This document shows, piece after piece, positions 43,846 to 53,825 of a DNA stretch of 64,000 nucleotides. Each line of letters opens with the position of its first letter. Within the stretch, counting starts at the first letter, position 1. The notes under the pieces were generated by a model that worked only from the letters and a program-made list of their open reading frames with translations, was not told where the DNA came from and did not search any database. Source of the stretch: Gammaproteobacteria bacterium (GTDB taxonomy: Bacteria > Pseudomonadota > Gammaproteobacteria > GCA-2400775); contig JAADIY010000038.1 of NCBI GenBank assembly GCA_013151045.1, forward strand, positions 311 through 64,310, written 5' to 3'. A program made the translations under genes and the position numbers.

Positions 43846-44103
43846 TTAGCCCCCTGTCACTGGTGGGAAAAATGCGATTTCATCACCGTCATTTATCCTG
43901 GTATCTAACGAGGCATAATCTTGATTCACTGCGACTAAAATATTACTCGGCAACTCAAGAGAAGCGTTAAGTTGCGCCCAAACTTCGCTAGCACTGCAAC
44001 CACATTCCGGCACTTGGCACTGTTGCTCCGCCTGCCCGACATGCTCTCTTAAGGATGCAAAATATTTAACCGTTACTGACATAATATTTAGGGCGAAACC
44101 CAA
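43846..44103 (-). CDS. moaD: molybdopterin synthase sulfur carrier MoaD
   Basis: 85 aa ending in GG (…PPVTGG) ubiquitin-like carrier. Confidence 0.85.
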   Translation of the reverse strand: MGFALNIMSVTVKYFASLREHVGQAEQQCQVPECGCSASEVWAQLNASLELPSNILVAVNQDYASLDTRINDGDEIAFFPPVTGG

Positions 44104-44597
44104 TCGCTGCTTTTACCGCCGGTCTTTTTTTGCACGTGCACACCACCAATAACCATGGTCTTATCTACTGCTTTACACATATCGTAAATAGTCAGCAATG
44201 CAATCTGCACTGCTGTTAACGCTTCCATTTCTACACCTGTTCGCGCCTGACAGCGAACCACCGCTTGGCAGATCACTTGCTGCTGATCCGTATTTAACTC
44301 AAACAAAACGTCGACTTTAGACAACGGCAAAGTATGACATAGGGGTATTAAATCAGCCGTGCGCTTTGCCGCCATAATGCCAGCGATACGCGCAACAGAA
44401 AGCACATCGCCTTTTTTATGATTGCCTGCAGCCAACAAATCGAATGCAACAGCAGACATGCTGATACAACCTTGCGCTGTCGCCTCGCGATCAGTCACGG
44501 CTTTATCACCGACATCAACCATGCGTGCTTCACCATCACTATTGATATGGCTTAATTTATTCTCAGGTTTTTTATGAGGAAACTCTGCCATCTTCAC
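44088..44597 (-). CDS. moaC: cyclic pyranopterin monophosphate synthase MoaC
   Basis: 169 aa MoaC (HIN/MVDVGDK motifs). Confidence 0.9.
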   Translation of the reverse strand: MKMAEFPHKKPENKLSHINSDGEARMVDVGDKAVTDREATAQGCISMSAVAFDLLAAGNHKKGDVLSVARIAGIMAAKRTADLIPLCHTLPLSKVDVLFELNTDQQQVICQAVVRCQARTGVEMEALTAVQIALLTIYDMCKAVDKTMVIGGVHVQKKTGGKSSDWVSP

Positions 44598-44614
44598 TCT
44601 TTTTAGTTAAAGGC

Positions 44615-45655
44615 TTACCCGCCAATTTGAGTCATGCTGATACGTGATACAGCAATTTTCGACGTGCTACGTTCACGTGCCTCAACACCATCTATCGCTT
44701 TTGCGCCAACCGCTGCTCTAATCTGAAAAAGCAACTGTTCATCGCTCGCATCTCTGCGCATTAAACCACGCAGATCATAATCTGTCCCAGAATACAGGCA
44801 ATTACGTAGCTGACCATCTGCCGTTATGCGAATGCGATTACAATTGCGGCAGAGGCTGCGCGTGAAAGCAGGAATTACCGCAACCGCGCCTTGGTAACCT
44901 TTTATACGATAATGATGATGCTCTGTCTCGGAGCCTTTATCAGCCATCAAACCATCATAGAGACCATGTAGCTTGGCAACGATATCTTTAGCACGCATCA
45001 AATAATCGCCTTCACACCATAATTGCTTCGCATCAAAAGGCATAAATTCAATAAAACGCACCGTCACTTTATTATCGCGTGTGAGTTCACTAAATTGCTT
45101 TATCTCATCGTCATTAAACCCGCGCATAACAACAACGTTGATTTTTACGCTGTCAAAGCCTTTGGCTAGGGCAAGCTTAATATTATCTAATGTCTGCTCT
45201 AAACCAGCACGGCGGGTAATTTTTTTAAAACGATCAGCGTGCAAACTATCAAGACTGATATTCAACCCGGTCAAACCTGCTCGCTTTAACTGATCCGCGA
45301 CACGATGCAATAGCAAACCATTAGTTGTAAGAAAAACTTGATCAACACCAGGCGTATGCAATGATGTCGCAATCAACTCTGGCAAATCTTTACGCAAAGT
45401 CGGCTCGCCACCGGTAAAGCGTATTTTATTGACACCTGCCGCGGCTAAAACACGCACCAGGCGCGACACTTCATTTTTACTTAATAGTTTTTCAGGCGGC
45501 TGAAAATCAACGCCCTCTTCAGGCATACAGTAGGTACAACGTAAATTACAGCGCTCATTAAGCGCGATACGAGCGTAGTTAAATATACGCCCGTATCGAT
45601 CAAGCAATGCCGGAAGCATTGTAGATTTAACCGCGTGTTGCAACTTTAGTGGCAT
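44615..45655 (-). CDS. moaA: GTP 3',8-cyclase MoaA (radical SAM)
   Basis: CNLRCTYC radical-SAM cluster and C-terminal CxxCxxxxxxxxxxxxxC; start may be a downstream ATG (~45619). Confidence 0.9.
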   Translation of the reverse strand: MPLKLQHAVKSTMLPALLDRYGRIFNYARIALNERCNLRCTYCMPEEGVDFQPPEKLLSKNEVSRLVRVLAAAGVNKIRFTGGEPTLRKDLPELIATSLHTPGVDQVFLTTNGLLLHRVADQLKRAGLTGLNISLDSLHADRFKKITRRAGLEQTLDNIKLALAKGFDSVKINVVVMRGFNDDEIKQFSELTRDNKVTVRFIEFMPFDAKQLWCEGDYLMRAKDIVAKLHGLYDGLMADKGSETEHHHYRIKGYQGAVAVIPAFTRSLCRNCNRIRITADGQLRNCLYSGTDYDLRGLMRRDASDEQLLFQIRAAVGAKAIDGVEARERSTSKIAVSRISMTQIGG

Positions 45656-45720
45656 TTTCTAATGACATAACAAATGATTTATCGCATTCTATCGTAGAGA
45701 GACACTATACAAACGTAAAC

Positions 45721-46488
45721 ATGCTGAATGATGATCAATTAGTACGCTATAGCCGCCAAATCTTACTGCCAGATATCGACATATCCGGCCAAGAAAAGTT
45801 ACTGAGCGCGCATGTACTCATTATTGGGCTAGGCGGGCTAGGCTCTCCTGTTGCCATGTACCTTGCTGGCGCCGGCATCGGCCGTATCACTCTGGCCGAC
45901 TTTGATGTCGTTGATATCACTAATTTGCACCGACAAATCGCCCATGGCACTGAAGACATTGGCACCAACAAGGCACACTCAGCCAAAGCGACCTTAAACA
46001 ATATTAATCCTGATATCGAAATCGACTGCATTGACAACCATATTGATGAGAACGCATTACTGCAACATGTGTTAGACCAAGCCGTCGACGTTATCGTTGA
46101 CGCAACCGATAATTTCACCAGTCGCCATGCCATCAACCGTATTTCAATTGCCAGTAACATCCCTTTAGTTTCCGGTGCAGCAATACGTATGGAAGGCCAA
46201 ATTAGCGTATTCGATCCTCGCGATAGGAGTAACCCCTGCTACGCCTGCCTTTATTCAGAGGACGGCGACAATAACGAAACCTGCTCCCAAGCCGGCGTTG
46301 TTGGCCCCGCTGTTGGCGCTATTGCCAGCCTACAAGCCATGGAAACCATAAAATTGATCGCCAATTTTGGCCAAACTTTGGTCGGCCGAGTTCAGCTCTT
46401 TGACGCCAAACAATGCGAATGGCGCAGCCTAAATCTCAAAAAAGATCCAAAATGCGGTGTTTGTGGCGAAAAAAGCCTTAATTTTTAA
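45721..46488 (+). CDS. moeB: molybdopterin-synthase adenylyltransferase MoeB (ThiF/E1-like)
   Basis: ORF from 45649 but homology starts MLNDDQLVRYSRQI (45721); GxGxxG nucleotide motif, C-terminal CxxC pair. Confidence 0.88.
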   Translation: MLNDDQLVRYSRQILLPDIDISGQEKLLSAHVLIIGLGGLGSPVAMYLAGAGIGRITLADFDVVDITNLHRQIAHGTEDIGTNKAHSAKATLNNINPDIEIDCIDNHIDENALLQHVLDQAVDVIVDATDNFTSRHAINRISIASNIPLVSGAAIRMEGQISVFDPRDRSNPCYACLYSEDGDNNETCSQAGVVGPAVGAIASLQAMETIKLIANFGQTLVGRVQLFDAKQCEWRSLNLKKDPKCGVCGEKSLNF

Positions 46489-46517
46489 CAAAACTGCCCG
46501 CTAAGCAACAATAGAAA

Positions 46518-46545
46518 TTGCATCTCGGTGCAAAACGCCTATAAT
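46518..46545 (+). promoter_or_regulatory. sigma70-type promoter candidate for rpsU-yqeY-dnaG-rpoD operon
   Basis: TTGCAT (46518-46523) - 16 bp - TATAAT (46540-46545), ~80 nt upstream of rpsU ATG. Confidence 0.5.
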
Positions 46546-46625
46546 TACCGGCCTTTCCTTGTGCGTAGCCTTGCCTTTTGGTTAGCTGAAGGAAAACCTG
46601 TTAAACCTCTGGAATTGAGATTTTT

Positions 46626-46841
46626 ATGCCATCAGTACGAATGAAAGAAAACGAACCGTTTGAAGTTGCAATGCGTCGCTTCAAGCGTACTTGCGAAAAA
46701 GCAGGCACTTTGTCTGAAATCCGTCGTCGCGAGTTTTATGAAAAGCCAACTGCCGTTCGCAAGCGCAAAGCCGCTGCAGCAGTTAAGCGTCATGCTAAAA
46801 AAGTCGACCGTGAAGTTGCGCGTCGCGTTCGTTTGTATTAA
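46626..46841 (+). CDS. rpsU: 30S ribosomal protein S21
   Basis: 71 aa, near-identical to S21 consensus ([21 protein letters not shown]...). Confidence 0.96.
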   Translation: MPSVRMKENEPFEVAMRRFKRTCEKAGTLSEIRRREFYEKPTAVRKRKAAAAVKRHAKKVDREVARRVRLY

Positions 46842-46870
46842 TCACCCCCTCTATATAAGCTTCTAGTCAC

Positions 46871-47323
46871 GTGTCTGCCCTCAAAAAGCGCATCACTGAA
46901 GACATGAAAGCTGCTATGCGCGCCAAAGATAAGGCGCGCTTAAGCGTTATTCGTATGACTTTAGCGGCAATCAAGCAACGCGAAGTCGATGAACGTATAG
47001 AACTTGATGATAGCCAAGTAACGGCCATTATCGACAAAATGATCAAACAGCGCCGTGATTCTGTTGCTCAATTTCAAGACGCTGGTCGCGACGAACTCGC
47101 TGCTATTGAAACTGCTGAAATTGCCGTATTGCAAGACTATATGCCACCTGCAATGAGCGACGACGATATCGCCGCTGCCATTGATAAAGCTATTGCCGAT
47201 ACCGGTGCCAGCTCAATCAAAGATATGGGCAAACTGATGGGCGTGCTCAAACCGCTGCTCCAGGGACGTGCTGACTTAGGCGCCGTTAGCGGTACGATCA
47301 AGCAAAAACTGGCTGCGCTATAA
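46871..47323 (+). CDS. yqeY: GatB/YqeY domain protein
   Basis: 150 aa; classic position between rpsU and dnaG; GTG start. Confidence 0.85.
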   Translation: MSALKKRITEDMKAAMRAKDKARLSVIRMTLAAIKQREVDERIELDDSQVTAIIDKMIKQRRDSVAQFQDAGRDELAAIETAEIAVLQDYMPPAMSDDDIAAAIDKAIADTGASSIKDMGKLMGVLKPLLQGRADLGAVSGTIKQKLAAL

Positions 47324-47408
47324 GCGCTGCTCCATTCTAAGCACTTCATTCTCAAGCAAATCTTACATACTGGCTGACAGCCGGACACCCGCAACATAGA
47401 ATTACCTC

Positions 47409-49175
47409 ATGGCGGGCAAAATTCCTCAACAGTTTATCGATGACATTTTGTCTCGCACCGACATTGTCGAGCTCATTGACGCACGCGTCACACTAAAAAA
47501 AGCGGGTAAAGACTTTCAGGCCTGCTGTCCTTTTCACGGCGAAAAAACACCCTCATTTACGGTAAGCCAAAGCAAACAGTTTTATCACTGTTTTGGCTGC
47601 GGCGCTCATGGCACTGCTATTGGCTTTCTAATGGAATACGACAATCTCGATTTTGTCGAAGCCATACATGAACTTGCTGACACGCTGAGCCTAGAAGTAC
47701 CACGCGAGGACGGCGGCACACAGCAACGCCCATCGACGAACACTAAAGCCTTGTTCTCGCTTACCGGGCAAGCCAATGATTTTTACCAAAAACAATTACG
47801 CGAACACCCGCAAAAAGATAAAGCCGTCGATTATCTTAAGGGTCGCGGACTCAGCGGCCAGATCGCTAAACGCTTCGCAATAGGCTTTTGTGCCGATGAA
47901 TGGCGCGCTATTCAAACAGCCCTAGGCTCAGACGAACACCTGCGTGAGCAGCTCGTCGAAGTCGGGCTACTGATCAAAAAAAGTGCCAATGATTACTATG
48001 ATCGCTTTCGCCATCGCATCATGTTCCCCATTCGAGATTTACGTGGGCGGGTCATTGGCTTTGGTGGGCGCGTACTGAGTGACGATACGCCAAAATATCT
48101 CAATTCACCTGAAACTCCGCTATTCCATAAAGGTAAAGAGCTTTATGGTTTTTATGAGGCCTGCCAGAGTAATCGCAACCTCAGCCAGGTCATCGTTGTT
48201 GAAGGCTATATGGATGTCGTTGCACTGGCCCAGCACGGTATCACTTATGCGGTGGCTACGCTTGGCACGGCAACCAGTGGCGAACATATCGAACGCTTAT
48301 TTCGTAAAGTCGATGATATCGTTTTTTGTTTTGATGGCGATCGCGCCGGTCGTGATGCTGCCTGGCGCGCGCTGGAAAACGCCTTACCGACCCTGCGCGA
48401 GGGCCGTCAAATTCGTTTTCTGTTCTTACCAGACGGCGAAGACCCAGACACCTTGGTGCGCAAAGAAGGCAATGAACGTTTTAACCAACGCATTACGCAA
48501 GCCAATACCTTGTCACAATATTTGTTTGATCACTTAAGTACCGACGTCGATGCCAGCAGCATTGACGGCCGAGCACGGCTCGCCGAGGCCACCAAGCCTC
48601 TATTAAAGAAACTTCCACAAGGTACGTTTCAGCAGATGATGATTGCCGAATTAGCACAACGCACACGCATCGACGTCAATCTGCTCAGCGTCGACATTAG
48701 CGGCGACACAGTAAAACAGACACAAATCAATCAACGCCAGCAAGCAACTATTACGCAACGCGGTCCATCGCTAGTACGCAAAGCCATTACAGTATTGTTA
48801 CATCGCCCTAATCTTGTCACAGCAGCAACTGATACCAGCTGGCTAAAAGATATCGATCAAGCCGGCATTGTTTTATTACTCGACCTACTTGAACTCTTGC
48901 GCCAGCAACCCCACCTTAGTACGGGTGGTATTTTGGAGCACTGGCGCGACACCGAACACGGTCGACATCTCGCCAAGCTGGCAGCACAACCGGCGCTACT
49001 CGAAAGTGAAGCGCTGGCAGCAGAATGGGACGATGCATTAACTCGACTCAAGAGCGCGGCCAGTGAAGCTCAGCTTGAAAGACTTGAAGAGCGAGATCGC
49101 CTAGGTATCGCCAACAATGACGAAAAAGCCGAGCTTAAGCGACGCTACCAAGAACTGGGGCAACGCAAAGACTGA
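47409..49175 (+). CDS. dnaG: DNA primase
   Basis: 588 aa; zinc ribbon CPFHGEKTPSF, TOPRIM (EGYMDV..DGDRAG). Confidence 0.95.
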   Translation: MAGKIPQQFIDDILSRTDIVELIDARVTLKKAGKDFQACCPFHGEKTPSFTVSQSKQFYHCFGCGAHGTAIGFLMEYDNLDFVEAIHELADTLSLEVPREDGGTQQRPSTNTKALFSLTGQANDFYQKQLREHPQKDKAVDYLKGRGLSGQIAKRFAIGFCADEWRAIQTALGSDEHLREQLVEVGLLIKKSANDYYDRFRHRIMFPIRDLRGRVIGFGGRVLSDDTPKYLNSPETPLFHKGKELYGFYEACQSNRNLSQVIVVEGYMDVVALAQHGITYAVATLGTATSGEHIERLFRKVDDIVFCFDGDRAGRDAAWRALENALPTLREGRQIRFLFLPDGEDPDTLVRKEGNERFNQRITQANTLSQYLFDHLSTDVDASSIDGRARLAEATKPLLKKLPQGTFQQMMIAELAQRTRIDVNLLSVDISGDTVKQTQINQRQQATITQRGPSLVRKAITVLLHRPNLVTAATDTSWLKDIDQAGIVLLLDLLELLRQQPHLSTGGILEHWRDTEHGRHLAKLAAQPALLESEALAAEWDDALTRLKSAASEAQLERLEERDRLGIANNDEKAELKRRYQELGQRKD

Positions 49176-49273
49176 TACGAAGCTACCCAGAGCAAGAAAA
49201 TATCAGGTATAATTGACGGTTCTATTTTTTAAACTCAACTTTCATACGCCGCTAGGCAAGGTTACACACATCG

Positions 49274-51103
49274 ATGGATGCCCAACAGCAGCAATCCCAG
49301 CTTAAGATATTGATTGCAAAAGGAAAGGAACAAGGTTACCTGACCTATCGCGAAGTTAACGATCATCTCCCCGACACTATTGTCGACCCAGAACAGATCG
49401 AAGACATCGTCAACATGATCAATGACATGGGTATCGAGGTGCACGAGATTGCACCTGACGCCGATAGCCTCATTATGAAAGACGCTGTTGATGAAGACAG
49501 CGCCGACGAAGCCGCCGCCGCGCTTGCTATCGTAGGTAGCGAGTTTGGTCGTACAACTGACCCAGTACGCATGTATATGCGCGAAATGGGAACCGTTGAA
49601 TTGCTAACACGTGAAGGCGAAATTCGTATCGCCAAACGTATTGAAGCCGGCTTGTCACAGATGATGTCGGCACTAGCGACGTTTCCTGCGACTATCGAGA
49701 CCATTCTAGGTGACTACGCGCTTTATCAAAATGAAGAGAAGCGCTTGTCAGATATCATTGTCGGCTTTTTGAGCGACGCAGATCTCGACACAACGGCTAT
49801 TCCTAAACCTGCGGCAGCACGTACCGCCGAAGAAAAGGAAGAAGACGAAGTAGAAAAAGAAGCTGGCCCTGACCCAGAAATGGTTAAAGACTATTTCTCA
49901 AAACTCGCTAAGCTCTTTGATAAGGTGCAAAAATCACGCGCTAAAAATGGTAAAGACCATAAAACCACCGTTAACGCTGTCAATGATCTCGACGATTGTT
50001 TTAAACGTTTTAAATTCATCCCAAAATTTTCAGAACGCTTGATTGTTGCACTGCGCGAAATTGTTGACGTCATTCGCAAACATGAACGCAATATTATGCA
50101 TCTGTGTATCAACGAAGCACGCATGCCACGCAAAGCCTTTATTACCAGCTTCCCTGATAATGAAACCGATCTTGAATGGTTAGATCGCGAAATTGCTTCA
50201 GGTGCCAAATATTCTGAGGTATTGAAAGAACACAAAGACGTTATTGCTGGTGAACAAGCACACCTCGCCGAACTAGAGAAAAAATGGAATTTCAGCATTA
50301 ACGAAATTAAAGAAATCAATCGTAAAATGTCGATTGGTGAAGCTAAGGCGCGTCGCGCCAAAAAAGAAATGATCGAAGCAAACTTGCGTTTGGTTATTTC
50401 TATTGCAAAAAAATACACCAACCGCGGCCTACAATTCCTCGATCTCATCCAAGAAGGCAATGTTGGTTTAATGAAGGCGGTTGATAAATTCGAATACCGT
50501 CGTGGTTATAAATTTTCAACCTATGCCACATGGTGGATTCGCCAAGCCATTACACGCTCAATTGCTGACCAAGCGCGAACGATTCGTATCCCAGTACATA
50601 TGATTGAAACCATTAATAAGCTCAATCGTATTTCACGCCAAATGCTACAAGAAATGGGCCGCGAAGCAACACCAGAAGAATTGGCTGAACGCATGGAAAT
50701 GCCAGAAGACAAAGTCCGTAAGGTATTAAAAATCGCCAAAGAGCCCATCTCGATGGAAACCCCAATCGGTGATGATGAAGACTCACACCTTGGCGATTTC
50801 ATCGAAGACTCTAACGTCATGTCACCGCCCGAATCAGCCACCTTTGAAGGCTTACGCGAGCAAACACAAAACGTACTAGAAAGCCTTACCGCACGTGAAG
50901 CTAAAGTTTTACGCATGCGTTTTGGTATCGGCATGAACACCGACCACACGCTAGAAGAAGTAGGCAAACAGTTTGATGTAACACGTGAACGTATACGTCA
51001 AATCGAAGCCAAAGCACTACGTAAATTGCGCCATCCAACACGTTCAGAACGTTTACGTAGCTTCCTCGACAGTGATGGCAACCCCACAGGCAACGGCACT
51101 TAA
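49274..51103 (+). CDS. rpoD: RNA polymerase sigma factor RpoD (sigma70)
   Basis: 609 aa with regions 1.1, acidic NCR, 2 ([37 protein letters not shown]), 3, 4. Confidence 0.97.
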   Translation: MDAQQQQSQLKILIAKGKEQGYLTYREVNDHLPDTIVDPEQIEDIVNMINDMGIEVHEIAPDADSLIMKDAVDEDSADEAAAALAIVGSEFGRTTDPVRMYMREMGTVELLTREGEIRIAKRIEAGLSQMMSALATFPATIETILGDYALYQNEEKRLSDIIVGFLSDADLDTTAIPKPAAARTAEEKEEDEVEKEAGPDPEMVKDYFSKLAKLFDKVQKSRAKNGKDHKTTVNAVNDLDDCFKRFKFIPKFSERLIVALREIVDVIRKHERNIMHLCINEARMPRKAFITSFPDNETDLEWLDREIASGAKYSEVLKEHKDVIAGEQAHLAELEKKWNFSINEIKEINRKMSIGEAKARRAKKEMIEANLRLVISIAKKYTNRGLQFLDLIQEGNVGLMKAVDKFEYRRGYKFSTYATWWIRQAITRSIADQARTIRIPVHMIETINKLNRISRQMLQEMGREATPEELAERMEMPEDKVRKVLKIAKEPISMETPIGDDEDSHLGDFIEDSNVMSPPESATFEGLREQTQNVLESLTAREAKVLRMRFGIGMNTDHTLEEVGKQFDVTRERIRQIEAKALRKLRHPTRSERLRSFLDSDGNPTGNGT

Positions 51104-51143
51104 AGAGTCTTTGTCGCTATAACACCATAAGCCTCCCGGTTTC

Positions 51144-51220
<77 letters not shown>

Positions 51221-51597
51221 ATTTCACAAGCCTTATATACAAAAACTTACAAGGGATTTACCAGTGATTTATTGGTGTCCTTTTAAGCCCGCATATCTCC
51301 CAACTCTAGACACTCATACTATTACTGACACCACTCTTACCAGAGTACTTAACGGCCCAACATTGTCAGCGATAAGAGTAATGGTAAGAGGTGGAACAGA
51401 TGGGCTCAAAATGAATACTGTTTGTACAGAGCATCGCACCGATAACCGTATAGCTGATAATGAACGCCAAGAAAACCACTACACAGACCACACCATCTAT
51501 AAAAATACTTTTCACACAAAGCAATTCCAGATGTTCTTTATACTCCACCATTTCGCTTGCAATAGGGATCAGTCACTAACTAACAATACATACTAAA

Positions 51598-51958
51598 ATG
51601 AAAAAAATGGCAAAACGTAACATCCAGTTAGAAAGAACTAAAAATAACTGCTTATCAACAAAAACATACCGATGCTCATAATATAAGCGGTATTGATTTA
51701 TTCTCAGGCGCTGGCAGGATGTCATTAGACGAAAAACTTGCAGGAATTGATATTCATCTCGTCGTTGAAGCTAACAAACATGCCGCCGCAACATCACTCC
51801 ATACGCTTTACACAAATCCACCCAAAGGATCGGCAATACACCACGTCACCGCTTATCTAGCCGAAAATACCGCACCGATAATATTAGTTACTCAATTTAT
51901 TATGCTATTTGATGGTTTGGGCTCCCGCACATTAATGCGCCCAATTAAATTAAACTAA
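51598..51958 (+). pseudogene. DNA (cytosine-5) methyltransferase N-terminal fragment (frameshifted, truncated)
   Basis: Frame from 51632 gives …ISGIDLFSGAGRMSLDEKLAGIDIHLVVEANKHAAATSLHTLYTN (C5-MTase motif I FxGxG and motif II E.NK.A..T); ATG at 51598/51607 is in a different frame (MAKRNIQLERTKNN…*), implying a frameshift ~51660-51680; no PCQ motif downstream. Confidence 0.45.
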
Positions 51959-52021
51959 ACTATGTAAAAATTAGCCGATAACATAAGTTATGTTAAATAT
52001 ACATTACTGAGGAGTATAGAG

Positions 52022-52384
52022 ATGAGCGATGCACAGCAGCTAACCAAAGGAATCGCCTCGCATGGCATGTGGAAACAGCGTCTAATTGATGCAATCAAAA
52101 GTGGAAAAAGTGACTGGAAACCTGCAATTGTATGTAAAGACGATCAATGTGAATTTGGTAAGTGGCTATATTCATGCTCAGCACAGGATAAAGCTGGCGC
52201 TCACTATAGAAACGTCAGAGAATTACATACTGATTTTCATAAAAATGCTGCAAACGTATTAGAGCTGGCATTAGAAAATAAACAAGCTGAAGCTGAAAGT
52301 GCCATCCAATATGGCAGCAAATATGCCAGCACTTCTTCAGAATTGACTAAAGCTATGATGAATTGGAAGAAGGAATTATCTTAA
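52022..52384 (+). CDS. standalone CZB (chemoreceptor zinc-binding) domain protein
   Basis: 120 aa; HGMWKQRL…CKDDQCEFGKWLY…HYRNVRELHTDFH matches CZB H-x3-W … C-x-F/LGKW … H … H-x2-H signature. Confidence 0.7.
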   Translation: MSDAQQLTKGIASHGMWKQRLIDAIKSGKSDWKPAIVCKDDQCEFGKWLYSCSAQDKAGAHYRNVRELHTDFHKNAANVLELALENKQAEAESAIQYGSKYASTSSELTKAMMNWKKELS

Positions 52385-52902
52385 TGCTAATTGCAGAAGC
52401 GGTTTTAGAAAAAAGTACGATCAACAAGCGCATGCCTGAAATCAGCATAGAACAATGTCTAATACGCCATAAATCGAATGAAGCCCAATCAAAGCCATTT
52501 AGGGCAAACGTGAAAACTTAAAACGGTTATCACTTTGATATCTTCTATAAATGAAAAAGCAAACCGTATTTGGCATTCCTTACACTTGCTGCAGGGTCAC
52601 TTACTTACAACGCAAACTATCAGGCAAGTCTAAGCTACGACAATTCAGGCTTATATTTTGATCCTCCGGCGCACTCAAATTGCGTTATAAATTTCACGAG
52701 TTCAGTGTCGGGGGCACATCAATGATGAGTCATTGACCTTTGTCGACACCAGACGCTTTACACAAATTTACCGAAAGAATGTGCCATACGCAATGTCATC
52801 TGTCTTTTCTACGACTTGCATTTTTCAGCCTTTTCTAATCTTATCTTCTGCGCTTCACACTTTTTCACATAGGCCTCAAGTGACCACCTAGGCACACCTC
52901 CT

Positions 52903-53530
52903 TCATCCCGCAACCCCTAGTGATAAGAGAGCCACCGAAGAGGAGTCCGGCAGCGACCCCATAATATCCCTGGCCCTCTGACTCACACCCCGACACTCCA
53001 AATGTGCATAGCCCTGGGGCATCTGTACATCCATATGGCCTAATACCTTGACCGCTTCATACAAACTCGTACCGTTTTGGATTAAACGACAAGCACAGTT
53101 ATGATGCAAACCATGGATTCCCCCCCTATCCCCGCACGCTCTAATGCCCTTCTGATTCCGTGCATCGCATGGTTTATTGGCCCATCCTCTCCCTCATTGG
53201 TAAACACAGATTCCGATTCCACTGCCTTTTCTTTGAATCGTCGCTTTAGAAGCGTATAGGCACGACTCGTCATATGAATGATGGATTCATTCTTCACCTT
53301 CGATCACCATAGATGAATGACCTATTCTTCTAGACTAATCTAGTGCCAAGGAATTTCAGCAGTTTTCGAGTAACGCGCATCCAATAACAGCACCACAAAA
53401 TCATAATTATCATGCCGAGCACGCTTTTCTTTGTCTGGTCCGTTCTTATAGGCAAGACGATAAGGTAAGGCCTTGTAGGGATTGAGTATTCGTTGAAGTC
53501 TGATTTCAATCGGTCTATCTGCCTCCTCAA
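52903..53530 (-). pseudogene. tyrosine recombinase/integrase, degraded (multiple frameshifts)
   Basis: Three minus-strand ORF fragments (53530-53330, 53297-53082, 53109-52903) carry integrase C-terminal signature pieces (…LIQNGTSLYEAVKVLGH…GYAHLE with the catalytic Tyr), but with HxxR degraded (HHNCAC). Confidence 0.6.
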
Positions 53531-53645
53531 ATTAAGGCTTTTTTATCTTAAAATAACTCCGCCTCGCAAGAGCGATGGTAAGAGCAAAGCTCACTAAGAT
53601 TTTGAAATATAAGGGTTATTCGGAGCCCTCTTCTCACCTGACCAT

Positions 53646-53692
53646 CTCATAATCCCTTGGTCAAAGGTTCGAGCCCTTCTCGGCCCACCAAT
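53646..53692 (+). repeat. direct repeat of tRNA(CAT) 3' end (att-like site, ~47 bp, ~6 mismatches)
   Basis: ctcataatcccttggtcaaaggttcgagcccttctcggcccaccaat vs tRNA 51176-51222 ctcataatcccttggtcgaaggttcaagtccttcacggcccaccaat; integrase remnant adjacent. Confidence 0.7.
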
Positions 53693-53777
53693 CCACCCAC
53701 CGCGGAACTTTCTGCGCCAACATCTTCTCTTAACCCTTAAGGTTTACTATTTTTCAGCCTAAGGAGACAGCATTCTA

Positions 53778-53825
53778 ATGAACCATATTGCTGGACCTGA
53801 TATCTACTGTTATCCTCATGAATGA
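53778..53825 (+). other. 15-codon upstream ORF (MNHIAGPDIYCYPHE) with strong SD, stop overlapping start of downstream GGDEF-EAL gene
   Basis: AAGGAG at 53762-53767, ATG 53778; TGA 53823-53825 overlaps main ATG 53818 (ATGAATGA). Confidence 0.35.

Noticed and set aside
45600-45730. Possible Moco riboswitch upstream of moaA
   Set aside because: The divergent moaA-moeB gap is only ~65-100 bp, too short for the ~130-nt Moco aptamer. No conserved motif was seen by eye.
51264-51596. 110-aa ORF in the AT-rich stretch right after the tRNA
   Set aside because: It is low-complexity and AT-rich with no motifs or RBS. It is probably noncoding island DNA.
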